A stretch of DNA of 52,605 nt, taken from the IMG/VR virus record IMGVR_UViG_3300019926_000173, positions 1 through 52,605 of that record, one strand, 5' to 3'. The stretch is from a virus. Lineage: Duplodnaviria; Caudoviricetes. Below are positions 37,317-47,116 of the stretch, one piece after another (position 1 is the stretch's first letter; each line of letters opens with the position of its first letter). Made by a program: the position numbers and the translations under genes. The notes under the pieces are model-generated. The model searched no databases. It was not told where the DNA came from and saw nothing but the letters and a program-made list of their open reading frames with translations.

Positions 37317-38083
37317 GCAAACAACAACACCCACAGATGACGATCGCAGGCGTCCCGATTACAAATGCATACGTCGACCTGACCGGCGCAGGCGCAGGCA
37401 CGCTATACGTCAAACTGGACGGGTCGATCCCGAAAGAGACGTTCTTCCCGGTCGAAGATGAACCAGTCGGAGCCTCGACGTGGCTGGCCGAAAGCGACGA
37501 CGGCCTCTTCGAGCAGTACCAGGATCATCCAGCACAGCCACCGGCTGACGAGCGTCCGAAGACGGCAACGTCGGCGATTCCACACGCAGACCTTGGTGGA
37601 ACCGAAGATCGCGTCACGTCGTACACGCACGTGACTAAATCGAGCCAGAACAAGCGCAAGCCTGAGTCGTGCATCGAAGTCCGGTACATCAACGGCCGTA
37701 CGAATACGTACCCGACCCGGATCGAGACGGCAGCCAAGATTGTCGATACGTACATCAACGGAGACGCTGGAAGTGAATGCGTCTCCTACTGGGCCCACAG
37801 CGACGACACGAGTTGGGGGCCAGGATACAACGCCGACTACGACGGCTACATCGACTGTACGCCAGTATTCGTCTACGATAAGACGTACACGTGGCTGCTG
37901 AAACGGCTCGAAGACGTCGGTGACAATGACATCCTGTTCGAGTACGATCGCGACTACGTCGTCGTCATCAACGACGAGTACGACTCGGTGTGGAAGCTAT
38001 TCGAGACCGAGTACGAGGCACGTGAGTACGTCGACGACGTCAACGTCGAGACGAGAATCGAGTCAGTCAGCTTCGATCAATGA
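37313..38083 (+). CDS. Hypothetical protein
   Basis: ATGA-coupled acidic ORF. Confidence 0.75.
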   Translation: MSKQQHPQMTIAGVPITNAYVDLTGAGAGTLYVKLDGSIPKETFFPVEDEPVGASTWLAESDDGLFEQYQDHPAQPPADERPKTATSAIPHADLGGTEDRVTSYTHVTKSSQNKRKPESCIEVRYINGRTNTYPTRIETAAKIVDTYINGDAGSECVSYWAHSDDTSWGPGYNADYDGYIDCTPVFVYDKTYTWLLKRLEDVGDNDILFEYDRDYVVVINDEYDSVWKLFETEYEAREYVDDVNVETRIESVSFDQ

Positions 38084-38604
38084 TGAAAGCAAATTCGATC
38101 ATCGGTGAAACGATGACACGGACATACAGTTCACCGACACACGGAGCAAGCGCGATCAGTGTCGAAGTGATCGAGTTTAACCCGTGCCTGGAGTCGTGGC
38201 GATACGATCCACCGTACATCGACACGGACCCGATTCACCCGGAAAAGGAAGAAGTCGAGCGCCCAGCTCGGTTCAGCGGGCAGGACGTGACGAAGGCAAC
38301 GGTACGCCTGGAAGCCGAAGACGGGACGCTGTACTACCGACACGCCAGTCTGAATCGAACAGTCCGGACGCCGTACGAACTGGATGACGATGCAGACTGG
38401 AAGACATCGTGCATGATCAAGTCCCAGAACGGAGTTCGGATCGGCAGGAATGGGAGGGACAATCGCCCAGACCTGCACAAGAATGACTATGATATGCTCT
38501 GGGACTGGAGTGTTCCAGAGCCAGTCACGCTTCGAGGCAACCTGAACAGGCTGCTCGCAAACGCAGACGTCCTGTTCGAACCAGACCAACAGAATAGAGT
38601 CTGA
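38080..38604 (+). CDS. Hypothetical protein
   Basis: Coupled ORF. Confidence 0.7.
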   Translation: MMKANSIIGETMTRTYSSPTHGASAISVEVIEFNPCLESWRYDPPYIDTDPIHPEKEEVERPARFSGQDVTKATVRLEAEDGTLYYRHASLNRTVRTPYELDDDADWKTSCMIKSQNGVRIGRNGRDNRPDLHKNDYDMLWDWSVPEPVTLRGNLNRLLANADVLFEPDQQNRV

Positions 38605-38634
38605 ACAACCGCAGCAACAACGGAGTAACTACCA

Positions 38635-38991
38635 ATGGGAGACAGAGGACACATCACGATTCAAGGACAGCACATGGACACCCCTGTCGTGCTCTACGCA
38701 CACTGGGAAGCGAATACACTACCTCGGACGCTGGCCAACGCACTGGCTCGCGAGGAACGCTGGCACGATCCGGAGTACCTGGCACGGATCATCTTCGACG
38801 AATTAGTTGGCAGTGATACAAGTGCGACCGGGTACGGACTCGGAACCAGCGTTCACGGCGACGCCTGGCGAGTGATCGACGTCGACACGGAAGAGAACAC
38901 GGTCAGCTTCCGAAGTGAAACTGGCTACGCAACGGACAAATACGGTGGCGAGACGTACAGCTTCGACGGATTCATCGAGAACTTCGCATAA
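38635..38991 (+). CDS. Phage-type hypothetical protein (MGDRG..LY.HW)
   Basis: RWHDPEYLARIIF motif. Confidence 0.75.
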   Translation: MGDRGHITIQGQHMDTPVVLYAHWEANTLPRTLANALAREERWHDPEYLARIIFDELVGSDTSATGYGLGTSVHGDAWRVIDVDTEENTVSFRSETGYATDKYGGETYSFDGFIENFA

Positions 38992-38993
38992 CA

Positions 38994-39167
38994 ATGAGCG
39001 ACAACGAACAATCGAGTTACACTATCAACGGCTGGATCCCTACAGTTCCAGTTTCGACCGAGGTAGAGGCAGCGTCACGCGAAGAGGCAGAAGAATTGGG
39101 GCGCGAACAACTTGAAGCAGAACACGGCAACGTAGATATCGACGAGGTGATAGAATGGGGGACGTAA
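38994..39167 (+). CDS. Microprotein (VEAASREEA)
   Basis: Manually read 57-aa ORF. Confidence 0.55.
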   Translation: MSDNEQSSYTINGWIPTVPVSTEVEAASREEAEELGREQLEAEHGNVDIDEVIEWGT

Positions 39168-39412
39168 ACTGCCAATGCTGTGGAGAGCCCTACGGCGTGT
39201 ATTCTCTCCACCACGAGATTCCAGAATGGGACGACCAACCAGACGACGCGTACGATCGATTCATGAACGGAGAGGGCTGTCCAACCTGTGACTGGGGCGA
39301 GAAGGCCGGCGACGTCAGCCTCAGTCGCGAGCAGGACCAGGCAGAGCTCGACGCCCAGCACCTGCAGGGCATCATGAACGAGACTGATGACGACCCAATC
39401 CGGTTCTTCTGA
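39155..39412 (+). CDS. Zn-binding hypothetical protein
   Basis: CQCCGEP..GCPTC. Confidence 0.7.
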   Translation: MGDVNCQCCGEPYGVYSLHHEIPEWDDQPDDAYDRFMNGEGCPTCDWGEKAGDVSLSREQDQAELDAQHLQGIMNETDDDPIRFF

Positions 39413-39416
39413 ATCG

Positions 39417-39632
39417 ATGTACGGCAACATCACAGTCACACTTCGACACGAAACGGGACGAACAAAGACGATCAAAAACTGCCGTCGAGCAGGACACACG
39501 GACAACGGAACAATCGAAGTCGCGTACCTACTCCCAGGTGTCGACAACGACGTCCACGTTGACGAATACGGCGGGCTCGAGTGGGACATCGAGTCGGTCA
39601 GCCATACAGAGATCCCACCAGCAGAACGATGA
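39417..39632 (+). CDS. Hypothetical protein
   Basis: ORF in operon. Confidence 0.6.
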   Translation: MYGNITVTLRHETGRTKTIKNCRRAGHTDNGTIEVAYLLPGVDNDVHVDEYGGLEWDIESVSHTEIPPAER

Positions 39633-39742
39633 CTCGGAGTCCGCAAGCGGACGACGGAGTCTGGAATCCGTACCGCGGAGTCCGACTCGGACGCGCCCAG
39701 AGGGCGAGTCCCAGTACGGCCATCGCGAAGCGATGTGCCGAC
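39631..39742 (+). ncRNA. Candidate structured element, copy B
   Basis: Intergenic; four hairpins; core shared with 23642-23685. Confidence 0.5.
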
Positions 39743-39998
39743 AGCAAGCACAAACGAAATCCTCGTCAAATTGGACGACGGGGAGATGAGAGAACGCCGA
39801 GGTGTCGCATACGCTGAAGACGTTGTCAGAGACGAAGATAATCAGGCAGGAGTCGCAGTCCAGTACATGAGACAGCCAGAGCACAAAGAACCACAGACGG
39901 AGTTCATCGAAGATGCCAGCCTCGTTGGCGTCTACGATGAGATCTGTGACGACTATCTGGCCAACGAATACCGCAACCTCGTCGAAATCGATCCATAG
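39735..39998 (+). CDS. Hypothetical protein
   Basis: Acidic ORF; start GTG 39735 or ATG 39786. Confidence 0.6.
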   Translation: MPTASTNEILVKLDDGEMRERRGVAYAEDVVRDEDNQAGVAVQYMRQPEHKEPQTEFIEDASLVGVYDEICDDYLANEYRNLVEIDP

Positions 39999-40010
39999 GA
40001 AGTGACAAAC

Positions 40011-40766
40011 ATGGGACAATATTTCCAGATTAGGAACCTCAGTCGAAAAGAAGCAGTCAAACTACCAGGCGGAATGAAAGCAGTCGAGCGTGTGACTGAC
40101 ATCGCAGCCATGGGCCCGATCGGCTACCTCCTACTCGAGGGCCCGATCGATGGCACCAGCTTCGGTCGGATGATCGACCGTGAAGACCTGCCAGACGAAG
40201 AGATCCAGGCAAAGATTGACCAGGAACTCGCACAACTCGACGAAAGCGACTACTACGACTCGAAAGAAGACCTGGTCTACTACGACGAAGATGCCGACGA
40301 CTGGGACTACGACAGCATCGTCCGCGTCGTCGCAGCCGGCTACCAGATTGGCGACTTCTTCGAGTACGCCGGGCGCTGGGCAGGCGACGAAGTGACGCTG
40401 GTCGGCGACTACGCAGATAACGACCTGTACACAGAACCCCGGCCCGACGCGGTTATCGAAACGGCAGACGGCGTCGAGCATACGGTCGAGAACTGGGGAC
40501 AACCCCGAAAGGCGATCCCCTGTGGCCCGGATGAGAACTGCACTGCGAAACTCCCCGACGAGGATGCAGAACCGGGAGACACAGTGCAAGTACCATCATC
40601 TCTGGACATCGACGACCAGTTCGCCGAGTTCGTCCGTCTCGAGGACAACGAGTGGACCGACATCACGGACGGGCTGCTGGACGAATTCGCCCGATTCGTC
40701 GGTCCCGAATGGCTCGAAGAGCAGACGAACGGTCGATTTAGCCCGGACATGGTGCTCCAAGCATGA
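40011..40766 (+). CDS. Phage-type hypothetical protein (MGQYF..GRWAGD..VGDY)
   Basis: Motif pattern recalled from phage hypothetical proteins. Confidence 0.8.
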   Translation: MGQYFQIRNLSRKEAVKLPGGMKAVERVTDIAAMGPIGYLLLEGPIDGTSFGRMIDREDLPDEEIQAKIDQELAQLDESDYYDSKEDLVYYDEDADDWDYDSIVRVVAAGYQIGDFFEYAGRWAGDEVTLVGDYADNDLYTEPRPDAVIETADGVEHTVENWGQPRKAIPCGPDENCTAKLPDEDAEPGDTVQVPSSLDIDDQFAEFVRLEDNEWTDITDGLLDEFARFVGPEWLEEQTNGRFSPDMVLQA

Positions 40767-41044
40767 GAGACGATGAAATCGGAGACTCGCAAGGCGAGCG
40801 ACGCTTATCAGAGTCACCCTCGGGTGACGATGAAATCGAACTCAAACGTGGCGACGTCTTCAAGGACTCCGTTGAGTCCTTCCAGATCGTCGACATTCTC
40901 TCGTTCAACGAACTCGTGGTGACCAACCCACTTGTCAATCATCCACAGGACGCTAGTGCTGGAACGTGGAAAATCAAGAAAGACGAACTCAAAGAGGACC
41001 TCCGCAACGGTAACGTCGAACGAGCGGAACTCGAGGTCAAGTGA
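40763..41044 (+). CDS. Hypothetical protein
   Basis: Coupled ORF. Confidence 0.65.
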   Translation: MRDDEIGDSQGERRLSESPSGDDEIELKRGDVFKDSVESFQIVDILSFNELVVTNPLVNHPQDASAGTWKIKKDELKEDLRNGNVERAELEVK

Positions 41045-41051
41045 GAAGCAG

Positions 41052-41261
41052 ATGACGTACCTCAAGAATTGCGACGTTGGCGACAGTGTCTCGTTCGAAG
41101 ATAGGAACGGTAGTTTCGTACTCGCAGACTACACACAGCCAACAAAGTACGGATACGGGATCTGGGTCATCACGACGCACAACGGCGAATACGTCGACCT
41201 CGTCGAGGACAGTGGTGGCCTGAGAATAGAAAAAGATCCGGTCGAGGTAGTACGGAAATGA
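41052..41261 (+). CDS. Hypothetical protein
   Basis: ORF in operon. Confidence 0.6.
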   Translation: MTYLKNCDVGDSVSFEDRNGSFVLADYTQPTKYGYGIWVITTHNGEYVDLVEDSGGLRIEKDPVEVVRK

Positions 41262-41464
41262 CTGATGACACGCAACATCCGGAGGGATGCATGTGCGACA
41301 ACTGCCAACGATTCCGAGAGCGAGCTCGGATGAAAGAGAGCTACCCCGAAGAGCATCAGCGACTGAAGCACATCCGCGGGCAGGACAGTGAACCCGATCC
41401 GGTCCTCTCGAATATCTCAGACGGAATGAGAGAGCGCGAAGCACGGGCAGAAGGATACATATAA
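41258..41464 (+). CDS. Hypothetical protein
   Basis: Coupled ORF. Confidence 0.6.
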   Translation: MTDDTQHPEGCMCDNCQRFRERARMKESYPEEHQRLKHIRGQDSEPDPVLSNISDGMREREARAEGYI

Positions 41465-41673
41465 TGACCCACAAAGATAGCGTCAACTACGAACCCTGCG
41501 AGAACTGTGGTGAACAGCACTTCAAACAACAGGTCATCCAGACTGAGGAAGTCAGAGTCGACGAAAACGGAGAGCCAGACGAATTCGTCCCGACAGGGAG
41601 TTTTCAGGTGCAGAGAATCTGGTGTGTCGAATGTGACGAACTCGTCTTCGATCAAATCAGCAATGAAGACTAA
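41464..41673 (+). CDS. Zn-ribbon microprotein
   Basis: CENCG..CVEC. Confidence 0.65.
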   Translation: MTHKDSVNYEPCENCGEQHFKQQVIQTEEVRVDENGEPDEFVPTGSFQVQRIWCVECDELVFDQISNED

Positions 41674-41884
41674 AAGCTATACCGTCGAGACGTTGATCAC
41701 AATGTGGCAAGAGGGAGAAATTGGCGTCGAGGACGGTGAGATAGAGCCTGCTGACGAGCTCACGATAGAGGTCATCTTCCAGGGAAGCGACGGCAAGCTC
41801 TACCTCACGTACGACCTCCAAGACGACCTCGCAGGTCGAAGTGACACAGACCAACCGGGTCGGTTCAACATCTTCGACTACTAA
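41663..41884 (+). CDS. Hypothetical protein
   Basis: Coupled ORF. Confidence 0.6.
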   Translation: MKTKSYTVETLITMWQEGEIGVEDGEIEPADELTIEVIFQGSDGKLYLTYDLQDDLAGRSDTDQPGRFNIFDY

Positions 41885-42216
41885 TGACACTCGTTGCAAC
41901 CTGCACGAACTGCGAAGACCAGCACAGAGTCGGCGATCGACCAGCCCGAGGTGACACAACATGTTGCGGGACATCGTGTCCACAGTGTGACCACCCTGGA
42001 TACAGCTCAGAGGTGATCGACGAAGACGTCAAAAGCGAAGCCAGTAAGATCGAAGACGCACTCGAGGGCGTCGATGGGATCGGAACGAAGAACAAGCAGA
42101 ACGCGATCGACGCATTCGTCCGATACGACGACTTCGAGCGCGCCAGTGCGAGCAAACTGACCGATATTCGCGGGATCGGCTCGCAAACGGCTGAAAATAT
42201 TATCGACGCACGATAA
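41884..42216 (+). CDS. Zn-ribbon plus HhH DNA-binding protein
   Basis: CTNC..CPQC; VDGIGTK and IRGIGSQTAENI. Confidence 0.75.
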   Translation: MTLVATCTNCEDQHRVGDRPARGDTTCCGTSCPQCDHPGYSSEVIDEDVKSEASKIEDALEGVDGIGTKNKQNAIDAFVRYDDFERASASKLTDIRGIGSQTAENIIDAR

Positions 42217-42303
42217 TCCAATCACAGTCAGCAAGTAGGAACTAACTGAATTGCGTTAGAGTAAAGTACGTCAAGTGCATATACAGCAGTACCACAGTGA
42301 CTA

Positions 42304-42645
42304 ATGAGTAAACAACAGACACCAGTCAAAGACGAATCGGCGATTCAAGAACTCGGCGAGCACGAAGATCACCCGTCGCACCTCGACAAACACGGCTACG
42401 AAGTCGACGACGACATCCAGCAGGCAATCGAGAAACTCCGTAGCGGACTCCAGGTCGACCGAGCGATCTGTTGTTACTACGAAACGAAGCGCCTGCAGGT
42501 GTGGAGTCACGACAAGTACCTGCACGGCTCAATAGTGCGCGCAGCACGGTCAGCCGGATTCGAGCTCGACTTTGCACGGACTCGAACCTGGCTCAATGAA
42601 GACGTCGGCTACGCGGAGTTCGTTCCAACAGGAGATGAACAATGA
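42304..42645 (+). CDS. Hypothetical protein
   Basis: Follows an early promoter motif. Confidence 0.7.
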   Translation: MSKQQTPVKDESAIQELGEHEDHPSHLDKHGYEVDDDIQQAIEKLRSGLQVDRAICCYYETKRLQVWSHDKYLHGSIVRAARSAGFELDFARTRTWLNEDVGYAEFVPTGDEQ

Positions 42646-43067
42646 AAGCACAACAGCAAGATCCACGACCAGTCTGCGGAAGTTGTGGCGGAACGATGAG
42701 CGATGAGGACCGAGCCGAATGGTTCTGTCCCGGCTGTGCCGAGTACGCCAGAAACCTACCGACGATCCAACCACAGTCACCATCACATCCGACCTTCGAG
42801 CGACGGCTCACAGACGATCCAGAGCTGGCTACCGGATATCATCTGATCAGAAGCGACGTGAATGATGAATACGGCACCAGTCTCGGTACAATCGTCCAGT
42901 ACACGGATGGGGACGACGAATACCTAATCGAGACGAACCTCGATGAGCCGTTCAACGTAACACAGCGCTGGATCGACCACGAAACGCTGCTCGAGTTCCT
43001 CGTGACGCCCGATGGAATGAATCCACCACGCGCCAAATCAGACCAGCTCGTCCTCAGATTAGAATGA
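42642..43067 (+). CDS. Zn-ribbon hypothetical protein
   Basis: CGSCG..CPGC. Confidence 0.65.
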   Translation: MKAQQQDPRPVCGSCGGTMSDEDRAEWFCPGCAEYARNLPTIQPQSPSHPTFERRLTDDPELATGYHLIRSDVNDEYGTSLGTIVQYTDGDDEYLIETNLDEPFNVTQRWIDHETLLEFLVTPDGMNPPRAKSDQLVLRLE

Positions 43068-43330
43068 CAGAATCTAAGCCTGCAAAGCAGGAGCCAGATT
43101 GCGGAAGCTCCGAAGGAGCGACCGAGACAGAAACTCACGACACGGAAGATCAGTGCATCGAAGCAGAAGCATTCCTCGGTGACGAGGCCGACGAGCCGGA
43201 GTTGATCGACGACGGTCAGGCGTTCACAGAGAAACGGACGTGCCCCGTCTGTGGCAGAGAGTGGGAGTACGTCTTCGACATGGTCGGACTCTGGAATCCG
43301 CGAGAGAAAGAGTACGAGTGGGAGAAGTAG
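43064..43330 (+). CDS. Hypothetical protein (CPVCG)
   Basis: Coupled ORF. Confidence 0.65.
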   Translation: MTESKPAKQEPDCGSSEGATETETHDTEDQCIEAEAFLGDEADEPELIDDGQAFTEKRTCPVCGREWEYVFDMVGLWNPREKEYEWEK

Positions 43331-43410
43331 AAGTCCAAGTCGGACTCTCTCAAGAGAGCGTCCGTACTGGAACTTGGAGTCGCCTGAAGGCTTCTCCGAG
43401 TACAAGTCGC

Positions 43411-43611
43411 ATGGGAGAAACGTTCGAACACGAACAAGTCATTCAGACAGACCACGGCCAGTACGGTAGTGAGTGTGCGATCTGTGCTGAATCGACGTCG
43501 ATCACGTACCGTCTCGAGTCAGAAACGCACGCTGCAGACTGCTGTGGAGACTGCTTCGCAGGCTGGCTCGTCGAACACGGTGGCTCCGTCACGCTCGATC
43601 TGGACTACTAA
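43411..43611 (+). CDS. Zn-binding microprotein
   Basis: CAIC..CCGDC. Confidence 0.6.
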   Translation: MGETFEHEQVIQTDHGQYGSECAICAESTSITYRLESETHAADCCGDCFAGWLVEHGGSVTLDLDY

Positions 43612-43613
43612 AC

Positions 43614-43781
43614 ATGGAAAACGATAGAACCGAGATTTCGCTCAAGTGCCCGAACTGTGAAGAAAAACACGGCCACATCGTCTACGAGCCGGCACCGGTC
43701 GATACGTTCGGAACGACGTGTCCGGACTGCAGTGAATTCAGCAAGCACGAAGTAACCGGACGGATCGACTCACATTCATGA
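43614..43781 (+). CDS. Zn-ribbon microprotein
   Basis: CPNC..CPDC (manually read). Confidence 0.55.
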   Translation: MENDRTEISLKCPNCEEKHGHIVYEPAPVDTFGTTCPDCSEFSKHEVTGRIDSHS

Positions 43782-43833
43782 TGAGAGTGGTCGCATTGCA
43801 GAAGCTCCAAAGGAGCGACTGAATCTGGTGACA

Positions 43834-44310
43834 ATGGCAACAAAACCAGCACTACACCGATACGCCGATCGAATGAAAAGTGGCGAAGTCATCGTTGGAT
43901 CCAACCACGATGATTTCCACTTCAACGCACAAGAAAAAGATCGGTACGACGTCCGAAAATTCAGCGTCACACAACGGTCACGAAATGTCGAAAATACAGG
44001 ACAGATACAACCTGTCTACTACATGGTCGGGCGCGTGGACATGGAAGACGTCGTTCGGAAGTTCCTCGAAGTGAACGAGACGTGGGCCGAGGTGAACTAC
44101 AAGTTCAGCATCACACAGATGTTCGGCAACATCAGTCAGGACGCAAAAGACGCGTGGAAGAACGTCTGCCACGAGTTCGACTGTCGGACGAGAGACTACA
44201 CCAGCGACGGTGGTGAGGGAAAAGACGACGATCGGAACGACTGTGGGCTGTGTGGCGCCGAAAACGTCGACCTCTCGTCACACCTCAGAAACAGCTGCCC
44301 GGAGAAATAG
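43834..44310 (+). CDS. Hypothetical protein with C-terminal C2HC finger
   Basis: CGLCG..HLRNSCP. Confidence 0.7.
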   Translation: MATKPALHRYADRMKSGEVIVGSNHDDFHFNAQEKDRYDVRKFSVTQRSRNVENTGQIQPVYYMVGRVDMEDVVRKFLEVNETWAEVNYKFSITQMFGNISQDAKDAWKNVCHEFDCRTRDYTSDGGEGKDDDRNDCGLCGAENVDLSSHLRNSCPEK

Positions 44311-44315
44311 AACAA

Positions 44316-44561
44316 ATGAAACAACCACTCGACAACATCGACGACGAACTGGCCGATCTCGATACGGTCGAAGATGCCAGAATAGACACAGTCAATCAAG
44401 AGCTAGAAATCGAAATCGAACTGGAGAATAGTTCGTGGGGAATCCCAGGTGAGATCTACGAAGCAATGTACAAGAATCGAATCGTCATCATTGACGTCAG
44501 CCACGTCAGCGAAGACGGATTCACTGCGTACTGCGTACACGCAACGGAGGCATTCAAATGA
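44316..44561 (+). CDS. Hypothetical protein
   Basis: ORF in operon. Confidence 0.6.
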   Translation: MKQPLDNIDDELADLDTVEDARIDTVNQELEIEIELENSSWGIPGEIYEAMYKNRIVIIDVSHVSEDGFTAYCVHATEAFK

Positions 44562-45064
44562 ACTGCCAAGTATGCGACTTCGATAATACACCAGCACCAG
44601 GCGGACAAGCACCAACGCACTGCGAAGGATGTGGGACCAGAATCGGGGGCGGGGACAAGCCGTTCCCCGGTATCCGAGTCGATCCGGATGGCCACCCCGA
44701 GCACGATCGGACAGACCCAGTCGTGGTCTGCGCATCGCATAGCGATGGCAGTACTGTGGAAGTCTCCGAAGGAGACGCCCAAGTCGACGACGAACTACGA
44801 AACCAGTTCCCACACAGTGAGGTCGACGACGTCCTCGTGATCATCAAAGCGACCTATCACTGGGGACGTGGCATCGGAATGGAGCCAGACGGCTACATGA
44901 CCGACGAGCGCGTCACTGTCGAAGAGACAGAAGAACCCTGCGAGCAGTGTGGCAACGACGAAATCCGTGCATCGTACAGTCAAGACGGAGCCGGCATTGC
45001 AGGCGCCTACACGGCGACGTGTACGCGCTGTGACTACGTCCGGACGAAGGAACACTGGGCATGA
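44558..45064 (+). CDS. Double Zn-ribbon protein
   Basis: 4 CxxC motifs. Confidence 0.7.
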   Translation: MNCQVCDFDNTPAPGGQAPTHCEGCGTRIGGGDKPFPGIRVDPDGHPEHDRTDPVVVCASHSDGSTVEVSEGDAQVDDELRNQFPHSEVDDVLVIIKATYHWGRGIGMEPDGYMTDERVTVEETEEPCEQCGNDEIRASYSQDGAGIAGAYTATCTRCDYVRTKEHWA

Positions 45065-45156
45065 AATTCAACTGTAGCAATTGCGGGTTCGAACTGAATC
45101 CGGCCAAAGACGGCGAGAACTGCCCCGTGTGCGGATACAACCCATACAGAGAGTGA
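45061..45156 (+). CDS. CPxCG microprotein (31 aa)
   Basis: CSNCG..CPVCG. Confidence 0.55.
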   Translation: MKFNCSNCGFELNPAKDGENCPVCGYNPYRE

Positions 45157-45163
45157 GATACAC

Positions 45164-45418
45164 ATGACAGATTCAATCGAAGACGACGACCTGTACAACA
45201 TGACTGGGGCATTCTTCCCCTGTGGAATGAATAACACCGATGTCACAAGAAACCTCGAAATCCGGCTCTTCCACGAAGATAGAAATCCTGGGCTCGACAC
45301 GGAAGTGATCGCACTCAACGGGACTGATGCTCGAGGAGAAGATATCGACATCGTCCTGGAACGTGACCAGATCGAAGCAATCGTCTCGTTCATCGACCAG
45401 ACGAAAGAACTCTACTAA
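45164..45418 (+). CDS. Hypothetical protein
   Basis: Acidic ORF. Confidence 0.65.
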   Translation: MTDSIEDDDLYNMTGAFFPCGMNNTDVTRNLEIRLFHEDRNPGLDTEVIALNGTDARGEDIDIVLERDQIEAIVSFIDQTKELY

Positions 45419-45419
45419 C

Positions 45420-45725
45420 ATGGCAACAACAGATAAATCCAGACTCATCGACCGAGTCGTCGACACGGCAAAACGAATCGAAGCGATGGAGGACCCTGAC
45501 GAACTCGACGTCCTCGAAGTAACCGTTGATGCAAGCCTCGATGGGACTGCACGAGCATTTACTGCAGTCTTGACGACCGGTGGTCCGCAGATCGAAGTGA
45601 ACGTCTCGAAGGGAACTGTGACGGGCTACTGGGCCAGTGAGCGACATACGACCCACGTCGACAACGACGACGTCCTCGATGCACTCGAATTCAGATACCA
45701 GGGACTGTGGGAGGCCAATCAATAA
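45420..45725 (+). CDS. Phage-type hypothetical protein (LTTGGP..V.GYW)
   Basis: ORF in operon. Confidence 0.7.
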   Translation: MATTDKSRLIDRVVDTAKRIEAMEDPDELDVLEVTVDASLDGTARAFTAVLTTGGPQIEVNVSKGTVTGYWASERHTTHVDNDDVLDALEFRYQGLWEANQ

Positions 45726-46063
45726 TGGCGATCCTCTGCATCATCAAGACGCACAAAGACTTCCTTCGGATCACGACGAGTCACAACCAGCAGAGCTCAC
45801 GCGTCTACTGTCAGCGGTTCAGCAAGGAGAATGGCTGGGTCGACCTCGAACGGTCGCCTCGAACAAAGACCATCTTCCAGGAAGCACGGCGAATGGTCGA
45901 CCATCTCGAGCGCGTCTACGAACGACAGATCCGAGAAATCGTCCCGTACGAATCGATGGGACCAGCAACGGAGCAACATATCAGAGAACGACTGAGGCTC
46001 GGCGATCGTGAAGCTGACCCGGAGATCGACATGACAGAGATTGAACCACCGACGGACAAATAA
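45725..46063 (+). CDS. Hypothetical protein
   Basis: TAATG-coupled ORF. Confidence 0.65.
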   Translation: MAILCIIKTHKDFLRITTSHNQQSSRVYCQRFSKENGWVDLERSPRTKTIFQEARRMVDHLERVYERQIREIVPYESMGPATEQHIRERLRLGDREADPEIDMTEIEPPTDK

Positions 46064-46338
46064 TGGAATCAGATACTGAATACTGGGTCGAACAACTCTC
46101 AGCATTCATCGACCAGTACGCAGCAGAAGTCCACGAAGAAACGGATAGTGAGGCTACAATCACCGCTGAGATCGGAGGCAAACAGGTAGTCATTCAGACA
46201 TGGGGACAGACTCGACGCGAAAGAGCACAGTTCATCAACAAACTCGAGACGTGTGGATTCAGAGTCAATTCGATGTGCGGTTCGCCAGTGATCAGGATCG
46301 ACGCAACAGCAGAGAAACTAGAGCATAGTTACGCATGA
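46063..46338 (+). CDS. Hypothetical protein
   Basis: Coupled ORF. Confidence 0.65.
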   Translation: MESDTEYWVEQLSAFIDQYAAEVHEETDSEATITAEIGGKQVVIQTWGQTRRERAQFINKLETCGFRVNSMCGSPVIRIDATAEKLEHSYA

Positions 46339-46526
46339 GCAAAGCAGCAAACGGAGACAACGATCTGTCCCAGTTCGTCCCCCAGGGCGAGATCGTCTTC
46401 ATAACGGACGCCGATGACGAGTTCGTCGAAATGGTGCAGGATGCACTCGACGAGTACCCCGGAATCAAGATACAGATCGTGGAAAACTCGACTGGGACGC
46501 ATTACATCATCAACCAGGCAGCATGA
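46335..46526 (+). CDS. Hypothetical protein
   Basis: Coupled ORF. Confidence 0.6.
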   Translation: MSKAANGDNDLSQFVPQGEIVFITDADDEFVEMVQDALDEYPGIKIQIVENSTGTHYIINQAA

Positions 46527-46864
46527 AAACACCAAACCTCGACGATATCGAAATCGAACGATCACAAGAGATCGGCGAGACGATCAAGCAACTCGAACTC
46601 GGAGACGGCATCAAAGCAACGAACAACCAGCTTGATCGGTACATCCTCGGCGTCGTCGTCGAAAAAGTGGATCGGCCAAACGATAAGCGGTTCTACAAGG
46701 CAATCGTCGAACAGCCAGACGAGAAGCTCGTCGAGATCCACGCCAACTGGCGAGACATTCCACTGAGTCACGACGACAAAGAGACGCCATTCACTGGATT
46801 ACTGATCGAACCGTTCGACAATACAGCACCAGCTGTGACAGATATCGAGATACTGAACAAATGA
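46523..46864 (+). CDS. Hypothetical protein
   Basis: Coupled ORF. Confidence 0.65.
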   Translation: MKTPNLDDIEIERSQEIGETIKQLELGDGIKATNNQLDRYILGVVVEKVDRPNDKRFYKAIVEQPDEKLVEIHANWRDIPLSHDDKETPFTGLLIEPFDNTAPAVTDIEILNK

Positions 46865-47103
46865 CAGGAAACAAATCAGGCAGCAAATTGGTCGCGATCG
46901 AAGCAGGAGACCTCATCAGCGACGGTCGGGACAACTGGAAAGTCCAAGCAGTGGACGGTCCAGCCGTGTCAGACGACGAGATCGTGGTAGAGCGCTACGA
47001 CGGTCACAGCGAGTTGACCAAGCACGAGTACATAGCACAGTGCGACTGTGGAATGCTCGTGTTCGGAGATGGGCCGTGTTACGGCTGCTACAAGATATCC
47101 TGA
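46861..47103 (+). CDS. Hypothetical protein
   Basis: Coupled ORF. Confidence 0.6.
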   Translation: MTGNKSGSKLVAIEAGDLISDGRDNWKVQAVDGPAVSDDEIVVERYDGHSELTKHEYIAQCDCGMLVFGDGPCYGCYKIS

Positions 47104-47116
47104 GTGGATAAGTACC

